This document shows positions 24,701-39,000 of a stretch of DNA of 64,000 nucleotides, one piece after another. The notes beneath the pieces are model-generated. The model had not been told where the DNA came from, made no database searches, and was given only the letters and a program-made list of their open reading frames with translations. The stretch covers positions 148,969 to 212,968 of the forward strand of contig NMRA01000180.1 in the NCBI GenBank assembly GCA_002633005.1. The letters run 5' to 3'. The first letter of the stretch is position 1. Each line of letters begins with the position of its first letter. The position numbers and the translations under genes are program-made. Source of the DNA: Phoronis australis (lineage: Eukaryota > Animalia > Phoronida).

Positions 24701-27700
24701 CAGGAGTCTTGAGCTCGCTAAGATCGGAACCATGGACAATCAGCAAAGACTACATTCTAAACTTACCTACATATTTGATGTTAGAAAACGAAACGTACAA
24801 CTTAAGAGCAGTTGTCAAGAAGGACACACGCTCAATTGACTTTAACATCACCTTGTTGGTAACAAACGGAGCTCCGCCGCAGATTAAAATTGAGTAAGTC
24901 TTGAACCTAAAACGACCAGTTGTATTTCGTACGAGACCCTAAGCTCTTGAATTACTCCGTTTTTTTCAGATTATACATTTTGCAGTTACCGGCTTTAGTT
25001 TTAGTTCATTTTTGATCAACTGTGTGCACAATGGAAATGGATCATAAAAGGTATTCTTGTGAAAAGAATTGTATTTTACAATCGAGATCCTTTATGTCGA
25101 CGTAATTGCACAAAAGCACGCAGTATGTATAATTGCATTTACAGGTGTTTCACAAACTGTCTCAACAATAAACTCAATCCAGTAAACAGATTGGCTCTCA
25201 GATCAGCATTGGACAACGAAATTTTCGGTGTGAGGTATGAATACAGGTAAGACATTTTGAATGTAATGTCAGCAAACGGATAGAACTCTTTAATGCCTCT
25301 AAGTAACAACGTATCATAAAGCCACTTGTTGCCTTGCTCAACGTGACTATTCGCAATAAGCTGAAAAGTATTACATGTATACTGGTTCCTGTTTAAATTC
25401 CCATTAGATATACTAGAAGATAATGGGCGGAGATGTGGGATGAAGGTCAGAACTGATACCAAGACATTTTTTGAAAACTTGGTGTGCGTGGCGCAACTTT
25501 ATTCACTCAAAAATATGTGTCCTTACTGTACGAAGTAGTGGCCTACACAACGGGGGGTAGCCAATTATCTCCCACTAATCAACGGGAGTTGAAGAGTTTA
25601 ATAGGCTGCAAATTTGCCAGTATGTTGTCGAGCTTGCCAAAAAAATTTGAGCGATGCGGTGACTTTCACTGGCGTGATCGTGCCTAACTCTCAAGTGAAA
25701 CTGGTTGCAGCCTTGCAGGAAAAAACCCAGATACAGTACTTCGTTATATTATTTTCCTCTTGTTTTGTCCCTGAGCACGTGGTCATTGGCATTTCAAAGA
25801 CCTGTTTCCTCGCGAGTTATGCCAGTTAATGAGCGAGTTTCGAGTTTCCATGATGGATGCATCCGCACTAAGAAGAGCGTTTCGTTTCTCGCGAGAAAAG
25901 CAAGATCTCTCAAGACTTCGCAAAGTCACACAAGTGGAAAGCGAGTGTTTAGCGATACTCTTGAGCTTACCAGGCGGTCTTGGCAAAATGGCGGCGGATT
26001 TTTACATTCTGTTCGGCGATTAATACCAAAGTTATGTCATCAGTTCACGTGTAATCAGGCGTTGCTTAAAAACAAGGCGTTTGGAGTGAGTATTCATGAA
26101 ATAAGCTTCCCTGGTCATCCGGTGCCATGGTGATCAGTGATAGAGGTAATTCGTGGTTTTAATTGTATTAAGGCTTTACGTGCTGTGATTTAAAGATTTC
26201 TTTTTTTTCTTTGTTTCGATAGCTAACTGTCAGTACTAGTAGTGACTCTGTTGTTGACTTCGAGAAAATGTGCATGACCTTGCAAATTAATGGTCCTTCA
26301 CTGACGTTAGCAGTTTTAAATGCTGGAAATGACAACGAATGTGTAGCAATCCGAAACACTTTGGATGTTATATAGCCACATTTTTGTACAGTCTAGTCGA
26401 TATTTTTTTGTAAAATACCGGTTTTAGCGGGTGTTTTTCTCCCGTCCGCTTACGTGAAAAACGCACGTGAATTTTTTGTTTGGTACTCCACCTAACTACT
26501 GTTACATAAATAGTCAAGGTAGTGTACGAAACCATGGCTTGTGTGACTCTTAAAGCTACATTTTGTCGTTTATCTGGCTAAAAATCAAACATGGAATTGG
26601 GCCTTCTACTGTCCTAAAATCGGTCACATATTCCTTATCGTGATAGTTTTCTATTTCTGTATCCAACAAGGATATTGAAATCATCAGTTACTCAAGAACG
26701 TGAGTCGAGCTTTATTGGGGTTGGCCATCCCTGAAATATCATGACAAATTCGAAGAAAATGGCACAAATACGCATTGCCTGTGCCGTGCGTTAGTAACGG
26801 AAAAGAAATATTTTCGTGTTAAAGAATGCTTTCAGATGAGAGTACAAAGCCTAATTCGATTTTGTGTTAGCGTGAAAAACAGGGCGAAATGTAACTATGA
26901 CACAAACACTACGTCAAGTAATCCGTCCAATAAAACATTTGGGAAATCTGTATGCGATCAACCTTGCACCCGTGAGAAAACATAAAAAACACACGCAAAG
27001 TCCTGATTTATAGGAGGCAACTGCCTGAGGTTTCCTTCTTGAACCACCCAGAGGTATCACGTAAGTTATTGAAACTGACGTCTACTACTATGCTCAGGTA
27101 AGACACACTTGTTGTTTTAGATGGGACATTTTGGACGTTCCCTCAAACGGTTTCGATTACACCAATCCAACCAGATACAAATGGGATCATTCAAAGTGGA
27201 ACCAGAAAGCCAGCACTGGAGTAGAGTCCCGCGATTTTGCTCTGGACGAGGGAGTGTTTACTAAAGACACATACAGGAAGTCGTTCAAAATCAGAGCCGT
27301 TAGCTATCGCCCCACGAGCCCGGACTTATATGGTATCACTATCAAACATAAAAAATGACTAAAAATTCGTATTTTTGGAGTTGTGTTAGATGATCATTAC
27401 TTGGGCTTCGGTCTCGACTGAACTAACTTCCATTTATGATTATTTAACTAAAATGAAGCAGAAAAAGAGCGGATGCTTAGTGGTGAGGTCATTGTTGTTG
27501 AAATATTGGTCCTAGCCAGGCTTCAATCTCATGCCTCCGGCTTGAAAGTCTCGGCGTCCACTCGATCACGTGACTATTTTGTTTGCCTAATTTTATAAAC
27601 TAGAGGCTCAATCTTTCCCGAAGTTTACTGAAGGTTACCGAAGGGGATAGGACGTAGACACGGAATGATGTGCTTCATCAACAAAATCCTCCGCTGATCG

Positions 27701-30700
27701 TGATTTTTAGTTAAAATATGTTTTTACAGCAATCAAAAATCAAAATGGCGTACACCTTCTCGAAACAGTATTTCTATACATATATATATGTATGTTTGTA
27801 TGTAGGCTATGTACGCATGCATGCATGTATGTGTATGTATTAGCTGTACATTTTGTTGTTTACGGTGCCAGTAACATTTATTGCAGATAATATTATAGTC
27901 TGATTCATGGGAACGATTAGGAAACTAATGTGACTGATGACAAGGGTGTGCAATGGATATGCATGTTTGTAATGGATGCAACATTGAGAACAAGATTTCC
28001 TCGTTCACGGGTTTTTTGCGAACCCTAAAAGCAACTACAATTCACTAATTTATCAGTAAGCAACATTCTAGTAAACATCAGGCGTACGCAGTTAACTGAC
28101 ACTGGCAAAATGTCCGTTTCAGGCGAATCATACTATGAATTCGTGGTAAACGATCCTCCTAAGACAGAAAATGTAAGTTGCACAGTGACGCCGCCAAACG
28201 GAACAGCGTTGAACACAACCTTCATGGTTGAGTGCACAGGATTTGAAGACGTCGACGTTCCAATAAAGTATTCATTCATTCAAAAAACACAACGAAACCA
28301 AGTCAATGGCGATGTGATTGACAAAAGTGAGTATTTCTTACAGTCAGCTATTAACAAGCAAATCCAGCATCTTTGTAATTCGTTCTTAGTTAAAGTCACG
28401 AAAACACGCATCATGAAACATAAATGGACGATGAGCCGTGCAACTTTCGAAATATCGTGATCGTTTTATTGCTATTCATTAGCGTGTGTACATGGCTTTG
28501 CACTGTTGTGACCATGGTTAAAACATTAACAAAAACATGAAAAAGCAACATCTAAATCGGTTGTCTGCTTAACTAGACAGGGGACACAAGGTTTCGAGAA
28601 ACGCAAAAGACAGAGATCGGATTTTGCCTACTTGTAAGTAGATTTCTGTCTTTTGACCTGAGCTTCGATAAACAGGCCGAAGATGTGCCCGTAAGTATTT
28701 GTCTCTGGGTGGTTTGTCTGTTTCCGAATATAAAGCAGAAGATCTTCAATTTGATATTATTTGAGGTAATTAGATTTTTAAGACGTTGTAGATAATCAAC
28801 AGTTTACATTGATTACAGCCATAGATGTTCATTTTGACAAAATACGATTTTAAGCTTACTTTCTGATTTGGGGTCAGAATTTCATGACATTAGTCCGAGG
28901 CAGATTGGTCGATTTTGTTCTGAATCAAGCCCAAAAAGTTTCATAAACCGGGATGATCACTTTGAATTCATGTTGGACTTGGAAAATGATTTTTAGTGCA
29001 GTTTCATCGCCTCACAGGTGGCTTCAGCCGAGACTTAAATATGCCACCCTATCTTGTTTGTAGACAGCAAACCAAGGTTCACCAAAACAGTTAAGCTTCC
29101 ACCTGGTCTTGAAAGTGAGAACAATGTTGTTTACATTGTGGTCAAGGCAACAGATAGCATCGGCACTTCGTCCGAATACGTTGTGGAGATCCCAGTGAGT
29201 ATATTATTGCTGCTATTGTTTAAAGCTGCTTTAAACTCCCCTACATCCGCCAAAGAATGTACAATAATCGACAAAATACTGTTTCCCTGTCACGACGCTC
29301 ATCTGTAACTTTGATTTAGACCACTTTTCGATGTGAACATTCTCGTATCTTGTTCCTTACACTGATGGAAATGACTTCTGGACATTACAAAAACTCGTGA
29401 TAACCATGAAATTAACATTATTGAGCAACGGGGTAACACAACAACCGTATCTGACTGTTAGGTAAAAATGAACAACAATACATTTTAGAATTTTCTTTTT
29501 ACATTGATACCACATCTTAATTTCTTTCTGAACAGACTATGTGTTACTTGGTGATTGTGTTTATAAATGGACATGGAATAGTGTCTCTCTAGTGATCATT
29601 ACGCGTTGAAACCATCATATCCTGAAAGAAGATGGTTAACAATAGCGTGATTTCCCGAAAGACCGGGTTTCAAAGATTGCACAGAGCTAAATCTCGATTC
29701 ATATGTGAAGCTCTTTTGCTCCCCAAACGAGAACTTCAGCTCTGGGGGCTAGATTGGCAGTCTGAAAGTCCGCTAGTCCGAAGGTCTGACATCACAGTCA
29801 GGTATTTATAGGTACGTGCAAAGGTTAACAATCCCCAAGGTCCAGTAGTCCGGAGGTCAAGGTGAGTCTAGGTTCATAAGTCAGAAATGTAAAGCTACAA
29901 TTCGTCCTATTTAGCTGACGAAAAGCCAAATGGGCCTTTCACTCTCGTGAAATTGGTCTCAATATGCACCTGTATTCATTAACCTGACAGGACCCCTATT
30001 TCCGTTACCAACAAGAAGATCAAAATCATCAGTAATTCAAGAAAAGGCTTGAACGTTTATTTGAATTGGCTAACCCTAAAATTGCGGCGAATTTGAAAAT
30101 GCTGCATGTCCACGTTGCCCGTTACTAAGTTGAGTTGGTAACGAGAACTTTAAGAGATGTTATGAGAGTAAAAATCCTAACTCCATTTTCGTTTTTAAAC
30201 AAGGTGAAATGTAGCATTAAGTCGTCTTTTGGGTTGAACATTTGGACTTTCGGAGTTGTGCACATTCGTCCTAGTGAACATGCCGGCACATTACGGATTA
30301 AGAAACACCTTTACATTTTATCGAAATTTTGAACCTGGTGTCTTTTTCAGACGTGTAAACCTTTGGAGTTATGAATCTTTTTAAAAAAGCTATATTCGTG
30401 AGTTTCCATATCACTGCCAACAACTGATTGGCGTGCTTGTTTTTTTCGCCCTCAGTTACCTGATTTGTGCATCTAGCTTTCACTAAACTAAGACCGAGGG
30501 TGGTGTGTGTTCCATAGTCCAGAGACACTCGCAAAGTCTTTGCGGTGAGAAACCTTTCCTTGTGAAGGCTCACAATTCAACATTAAAAGTCACTAATCAC
30601 TTCAGTGGTCGCCACTTTGTTACATGTTTGTTACTTTTGCAAGGTCTCAAGCATATTCGCGAAATTGTCGTGTGGATTTGTGTGGTCTTTTGTGATTTTG

Positions 30701-32988
30701 ATTCTTTTGCAAATTTCTCGCGTCTACGGAACGCATAATTAGAAGACTTGAGTTCGTAAGCAAAACAACACAGACGAATTTAATGTCACATGGTGCGTTG
30801 CTGCGATGAGGGAATCATAAGTTATGCTTGCGAGTTATCGTAGGAAGCTTAAACGTAATAAAACAAAACTATGTATTAATCCATTTTGGTGAAACATATA
30901 CAGTAAACGTCTATCATTCATGCATACCACAGGTTTTCCGCCAAAAAATATCAACGGCTGAATTATCGAGTTCGTTGGCCAACATAGAATCTTCGGGGAC
31001 TGCTCAGGAAAAAGGTCAACTGGTCATTGCCATGGCAACAATGATCAACGATGAGGGGACCTCTGCGCAAAGTTCCGGTATTGAAAGTAACAAGGGTAGT
31101 TCGAACCCGGTGGACACTGGCACTGGTTCAAGTTCAGATAAGGAAACTGAGCCAACGGCAGAGGAAACTCAGAAGGAAAAGGAAAAGAACAAGCAGGTCA
31201 GTTAATTGCACCCGAGGGCATACAGTTTACTAGGTCCTTGAAAAGCTTTAAGCGGTTGTTAGTAAACGAAACTGTGCTAATATTGGACCCGGAATCTAAA
31301 TGCCCAGTTGTGGTTTTGTCAAGACCAGCGCCATCGGAGAGAAGTTGGTATTGCGCAGTAATAGGCCTGTACAGACCAGACTCAGGAATGACAGAGAAGT
31401 AAATGGAAATTCAGTACCGTGTGCCTCCTAGATCCAGGTAATAAACCCTGGCACAATTTGGTTTTACGTTTGCAGACAACATAACTAAAACTTCGAATAT
31501 GATATCCTTGTAGCTTCGTTTGAAAATGATGGATGTCATCGCAAGCGTAGAAGTCAATGACCCCGAGACGTCAAACCAGCTTCTCGGTGCTGCTGTGTCG
31601 GTCACGGCAAAGCCCGATGAAGTCTCGGAAGAAACGCAGGTAAGAGTCATCGAAAACTTAAAGGATAGTTCCAGCCCAGATTTTATCGCCTCTTGATGAT
31701 ATGCTCCCGTGGTGTATGTGAGACACTTTCTAATTTTGTCCCTGGTTTAAATGGATCCAGTACCCCGTACTCTGTCGTGTTTGAATTGTGCAATCTAGTT
31801 CATTTGATAAACGCAAACTTGTGTTGGCATTTCACCCTTTGCTGACCAACGCACTGAGCTTGGTATACTCTGTCTCCCAGTGTTCAAACAGTGGTGAATT
31901 CGGAATTAAGTTGGTGTGGCAAGGAAAGCAAGAAACTTTCCAAAAGAAATGCATGCATGTTTTAAAGTAAATCTCCTGGGTCCCTTATGGCGTGGGTCCC
32001 TATGTTCTCCATCCAATCCGATTTTAAAAAGAGTAGTCTTTATACATTAGCACTACTTAGTGAATATCGTGTCGATTGTTGCTTCAAATGCACTTGCCAG
32101 CTCAAAATTAATGTACATGTCCAAAGCATCTGCAGACGGGTTTCTGATCGTCCTACCTTGGGACTCAACACGACGAGCTGCTACCGTTTGGTAGTAAATG
32201 CCAGACAGGTACGTGCTGGATGCGGAACTACCTGAAGCCCGCCATTTTAACGCTGGGCACAGTTACCACTTTATCACCACGTAGATTGTAGACGTGCACC
32301 TCTCAGACACTATTAAATAAGTATAGACCACGTTGGATAACATTTTTCAAACATCACAAATTCCATTATTATCATAGGTGTCAGCATAACAAAACCAAAG
32401 ACACCACCTTAATTTGCTTTAGCTTTCAAAAATGGACTCCTGGTGTCAAACGTTTGCCGTGGTGGAAAGAGTGACTTGTATTACATCTACGCATTTGACG
32501 AGAATCTAATCGTGCAATTTACACACCTACAGATTTCCTCAACGTCTAGAAGTGTTTGCATCTTCTTGATATCAATTGTTTTTCAACTGATGACTACGTA
32601 TACGTTTACATATGGCGTAGGACAAAGCTACAGAGATCGCCTCTAGCGCTTCAAACCAAATGAAAAATATGGCTGACGACCCAAGCGTTAGTGCTGAAGC
32701 TTTGGAGGAACTTGCTGATAACGCCGTCAAACTGTTAAGTATGTTCATAAACATTTATTTCATTTATTAAGTGAGTTTCTTTTCCGCGTGTTAGTCCTTA
32801 CATTCACAATGTCCGATGTGCTGTTTGTTCCATGGTTTATACGCTGGTTGCCAAACGGTTGCTACGGTCTGAGAGTCAACTACCTTCTGCTTTAAGCCGA
32901 ATATTTACGCCATCAAGTCAAGTCCATTCAGAATGTGTGGTGAAGAAATATTATTAAATTATGTAATTGAGAGACAGCCAGAGATTGA

Positions 32989-33083
<95 letters not shown>

Positions 33084-36000
33084 TACTTTGCACAATCTGA
33101 TTTTCACCACCCAAGGTATAGACCGGTAGCGGCTGGTTACCAGTGATAATTATTACTGTTATATGCCCCACATGGAAAGCATCGCAGATGGCCAGCGGCG
33201 ACAGAGAATCTCTTAACATTCGAACATACATAACATTTTATGACATGGCAGTTTTATAATATATTTTTAAGTAGAGAGAAAAACCCAATCGCATTCTGGA
33301 AAATTGCAGTGGTTCAAAAGCTATGACAAATGGTTAATATATAATCTGTTTTGCCTTGATGTTTTCCCGTTGGAGTCAGAGTATATGATGGTCAGTAGTT
33401 TGTATTATTAGTAATGTAACCGGAAATTGTGATGATGTTGTTCTGTGCATGTTTTCTCAAAGTGGCCGATATTCTTGGATGAATGCTATGTTGTGAAAGT
33501 ATCTAGGGAGCATTTTGTTTAAATATTTGTAGTAAAACTTTAAGTAAGTATGATAATGGAGAACATTACACGTGCTTCGCTTATTATACATGGCGATAAC
33601 TCACTTATTTTTGCGTGATCTTCGTGCACCCACTTCTGAAAGAATTACGCCATCGTCAAGCAAATCCATATGTGTGTAAATTTGTAACCAAATGTGCTTT
33701 CCACAGGTAATGTTCTTCAAGCGTCCGTTGAAACAGTAATGTCGTCTACCGATTCATCTGCTCAATCGTCTGGTCAGTCTCCGCCAGGTGGAAGCAGTAG
33801 TGCCAGTAGCACCTCCGCCACTGAAAGTGGCAGCAATGATCAGGTGAAATATGGAGATGACACTCTCTCCGAGTTAATGTATTTTTGTTTCTCTTATTTT
33901 TATGTTTTCACAAATCGTAGTAGTACTCGTCGTCGTGGTCGTAGTAGTTGTTGTAGTAGTAGTACTACACTTCATATTAAAACAGAACCAAAACTGATTA
34001 AAAATACAAAATTTATGGAGACTCCAGAAGTACCCAAAGGATTTGCTGATCAGGAATGCGCCAGTAAAACACGATGTGTTTCAAGAAAATAAAGGAAAAT
34101 CAATTCAATTCAAAAAGGTGGTAATGCACATTACGCCAAAAGAAACCAAACAGTTACGAAAAACAGTTACATATGAAGTAATTGGGAATAGTGTACTCAG
34201 AATCATTAAAAACATAAATTCTTAAAATAATCAATAACAGCAGCTAATAAATGGGTAAAAAGTCTGTGAAAGACTTGTGGGATGGTTATCAATAATGTTA
34301 GGCAAAGTATTGCGAACTGCATACGATATGCCTTTAAAGATAAAGCGATTTGTCAGGCTTTCCTTCCCAAAACTAGCTTCAAATTAGATCTATTTTGCGT
34401 CACAGATCAATGATTACCTTGAAGAGTCGAACAGGCTGGTCAAATCACGTGATGAATATGTGTAATAGTATATACATGTATGTAAACTGTTAATAATTCC
34501 AGGTAAGCGGCAGCAGTAACGGGCAGAAACCTGCTCAAGATTCACAAACTGTGGCAAGGGCGAAAGCACGGCTGAAAAATACTCAGAATCTTCTCGATCA
34601 AATCACAGATTTCACACTGAAGAAAAAGGTGATCGGGGAATCTGCTTCTACTATGGGAAGCGGAGCTCTAGTTCTGTCTGTTAGGAAGCAATACACGGAA
34701 AAATTAAACAACGGTAAGTGTGCTGAATGGTTTTGACGTGTTCTCAAAATGTTCACCATAGTTTGAAAGTATGACGCGTCAATTCAGGTGGCCAAATCGA
34801 GCCTACACTGTAGTAGTTGTTTTTTAAACATTGCAGAGAAATTCAATCATAAAAATGCTAATATTTTAATTATGCAGCATGACGAAATGTTTCGGAGATT
34901 TTACAACCGGGTCAAGATCTCTTGACAACAGTTGTCTGCTTTGTGCTCAACGTCTTCTTGAATTAAGCCCAGTGATGCGAGATGTTAGGGAAATCATAAT
35001 TAAGTTACATCTACTCAACGTCCTTATTACAATAATGTAAAGCACAATTAAAACTGGAGACAGAGTTCTTTCGTTTACAGTGATGGTGTCCGCCAACAGT
35101 AAGGATGACGACAGCTCCTTTAAACTGTCAGATTCGATTGCCATGTTTGGTCAGAGTAACGATACCCAGCGATACATGTCAACAGTTGTGAGTATGTAAG
35201 GCACTATAAGTCCAAGTTTCCATAAGAACACATTATGGTGTCCATCCGACGTCCCATGTGAACGTGATAATGTGTCAATCCGACGTACCAGCTCTTATAG
35301 ATACACGGTCTTTTTTGTTTCACTTTATGCCCGACTTGATGCAACACGGATTGCCGCTTTGAGCAACATTCTTTTTTGTTTGACACATATCCCAACCGAT
35401 ACAAACCATCACATAGGCCCGTTTTTGCGGACGGAATGGAGGCCAGCTTCCCGTTCAGTAACGCTAGGACTGACTAAAAAGCAAGAATTCGCGAAATAAC
35501 GTGAGATGTTGCCGTGTAATTTGAATGAGAACACGTGACTTTGGCTAGATTTTAGCTAGGTCATAGCGTTACTGAACCAGGTGTTGGCGTTAAGGGCCAT
35601 TGCTAGGACAATAATATTAAGAGCATTGGTGTCTGGGAGGAATCACACGTTAGGTTTCAGTTGCAATTATTGTTTCAGGTACAGTACGCAACTGTTATTC
35701 CTCTAGAGTACATAAATGCGAGTGATATATGATCCTATCTAATCACAGTTTTTCAGTCGACTTTGCAAGTTAAAACGATATCAAGCCCGTGTTTCGTTGA
35801 AGAAACCACCTTTTGACTTAAGCCACTTACAAATGCGAAATCGGTCTCAACTCGTTTCCAGGCAAGAAGCGATTTTTGGTCTTGCATAGAACTGGCATTT
35901 TGTTACTGCCCAAGATCATTACTGACAAATAAATTGACACGCCGTGTCAAATCAACTTACATAGCCTTATTTCAAGCAATAACAAGCTGTCAGCTCTTTC

Positions 36001-39000
36001 GAAGCTAATTTGACTGAGGAACAATTTGAGGCCAATTTCACAACGATATGTACTCTCATTCAAAAGTTTTTGATTGTCATGTGGTAAAAGACATGTTTAT
36101 AGACACTTTAGGCACTTTGACCTATTTTTCTCATAAGGTAAAGTCGGAGAAGGTGAATCCCTTTCCCTGGGCTGCAGACTCGTCAGCAGTATCATCCAAC
36201 ATTAACAGTTTTAGTTTCAAAGACAGCAATGACAGCTACGTCAAGGTGTCCGGACTGGGTGCTGGCCAGGAAATTATGATGATGTTACAAGAGGTACACC
36301 TTGTTTGCTCATAATACTCATTGTACTGAACCTGCCTTTCGGCTTTATAGTAGCTGAATTTGCCTGCTGTCCATCATAGCATGAGATGGTCAAGGAGCAC
36401 GTGGTCACATTAATTTTCACCGTAAGCCTAGATTTTTTGCAAACGCCATTTTATATTGAAATGATCCTTTGAAATTTTGACTAAATTGCCTTCTCCCAAA
36501 AATACATTATCTTGCTGAGCGTATATACGTGTATGTAAACTAAACGTTGTCCTTGCATTCTAAGAAAATCTGAAAGACTTGAAACTTGAGTGTATTGACC
36601 TTTGTCTTTTGGCATTCGGATAATCACTCTTCCAGTGGCTTAGTCTGTTTTAGGTAAATGGGCTAAGGCTGAAAGAAAATATTTACCACTCGGAAGTCAA
36701 AAGACATACATGTACATATGTAACCTATTGGACTTGACAGATGACAAAATGTTTCAACAAATTTTAACGCAAAAGGCAAATGCAACCTTTGGGGATTCGT
36801 AAGAAGATTTCTAACAGTAAGCTTAAGTCAAACAACAAAGACCAACGATGCCTTCGAGAAACAGGGCATAGCACACCGGTCTCGCAGACCTGCGGCCTAT
36901 TTCTTGAATGGGATTTTGACTTTGGCAACGTTCAGAACTCTTACTGCGAACAGCCAAAAATTGATTGTTATTTCTCTTGTACTTCCTGAAAAGTTTTTGT
37001 CTTCTATATAGTCGAGCACGCTACGGATTTTGCCTGCTCTCTTGCAGACAAATTTTCTGACTTTGAACCTTAGCCTTTTTTGAAAAACAAGCTAAGCCAT
37101 CCCTTGACTGGCAGGAAACTAAAGCCAACAAGACTATTTTTATTTGTTTAACTTTAATTCTTCCGGGTCGTCTTCAATCCTTGTGACTACAAACATTGCT
37201 CGGAACTCAACTTGAACATTGAGTAAATTTCAGATTTTGCTCAAGTATCGAGTATTGTTTGGTGGTCGTCGTCTCTGGTTCTTATCCTACATTTCGTTTT
37301 GAACTCATCATGTTGTCGAACCCGATGGTGACACTCCACCACTGCTAAATCAACCAAATGATGCTACACTATGAACTCAAATCCGACAGCATAATTTGAA
37401 CATATTGACGCCACCATTTTTGTACACGGCTAAAGACAAAATGCTCCATACCCAAGATAAAACATTGCAGATGTCACCTTTCCGAACTTTCAAGCAAATT
37501 CCTTATTTCTATGATTTATGGCCAAATTAGTAATAAACACAACATGTAGTATTGATGTGAGTATGAAGTAGGTTGAAAATTGACAAATGTTTTTAAGAAT
37601 GAGTTTTGTGGCGAAAATGATCCGCCGCAAAACATTGAATCGTGTCCAGTAAGTATCCTGACGTGGTGTGCTGGAGAATGCCACTGCGTGATGCAGGTTA
37701 CATGTATGTGAGCCAGCGAGTTAAGTCGTTAGTGCAAAGTTCAACTATTTGCAGAAGTTTTGTTTTCACATTTACAAGTTGTCAGTGAACACAACTGCAT
37801 TTTGTTTAAAATAGATTTTGTTAAAATAGCATTTTCGTTAGTTCCTACTACATATTAGCATTGGTAAGAGCACACAAATACATCTTTAAGTTAACTCGGC
37901 GCGCCAACAAGTGTCGCGACCAAATATATCGTTGATGACGAAGTTGCATTCAGTATGTAAATAATTAAAATCATAGTGTTAACTGTGTGACTGTTTGGAT
38001 TTCTCTAACATGAATTGACATTTTCGCCTTCTCACAATTAAATGATGATTTCAGTTCAACCCAACCCCAAACGCATCGCTTGGTAGAACTTCCATGAAAC
38101 TAGATAGGGCGTTGCCACACCAGGTGGCAGTTGGTAAGCGAGTGGCCGTATTTTTGAGAGTAGCGAATCTCAACAATACTCTTGTAAGCAACGTTACAAA
38201 ACCTGTTCAATACACGAATGTGTCCGCAAATACAACAGCGACGACACCTTGGTTCGCATCATCCTCTACAAGTCAGGGCACCACAGTTCCAGCGTCAACG
38301 ACGGCGTCGTCATCTGCATCAAACTCAACGCTGCCGCCGCCCAAAGGTTCTGGAACGTTCTTTTGTGTCTTTATGACAACAGGTTAGTGATAAAAATTTT
38401 CCAAGAATATTTGAACCTTCAATGCGATTTTAGCGTTGGCTCTAATTACACGTACATGTATGCCTCATTCCCCAGGACTGCCGTGGGCAATAACACTAAC
38501 ACTTTAAACTCAAGGTAGCACATCGTAACAAACTGTATACAACAACGACTATATGTGGTGATCACCCTGTGTCACTATTGTTGTCCATGGTAACCCAGTC
38601 AGAAAGTAGTGCTACTCACGTGTTTTGGCTCTCCTTCTGTTTTCGCAACGATGGTTTTCAACGAAATTTGGAATGCACTTCTTCACATTTTTTTCAAACT
38701 ACATGTATACCTGGATTATGACATGGTTATTTTTTTCCTTTTTATGATTCCTTCACAAGAATTCGCAATTCTAAATTAAATAAGGCTATCGTTAAAAAAG
38801 CCAGTTCCAAAAACGCGACTTCTTCGTATGTTTCGGCCAAATGAAAACCTCGAATAATTTGATATTCAAATGGCATACAAGTAAAAAGTAGGTCGGTGGA
38901 TTAACTTTTGACGTATTTTTTAAATCACGACATTAACTTTATAACAATGATACCATTAATAAATGGCGTAGGGAATACCTACTGGATCGTGTTGATATTT

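Noticed and set aside
32928-33231. LS-repeat ORFs
   Set aside because: These are translations of the (GA)n microsatellite.
38434-38514. Possible exon (VGSNYTYMYASF...)
   Set aside because: In the required phase it hits a stop, the intron would be only about 50 bp, and exon 20 joins exon 21 cleanly without it.
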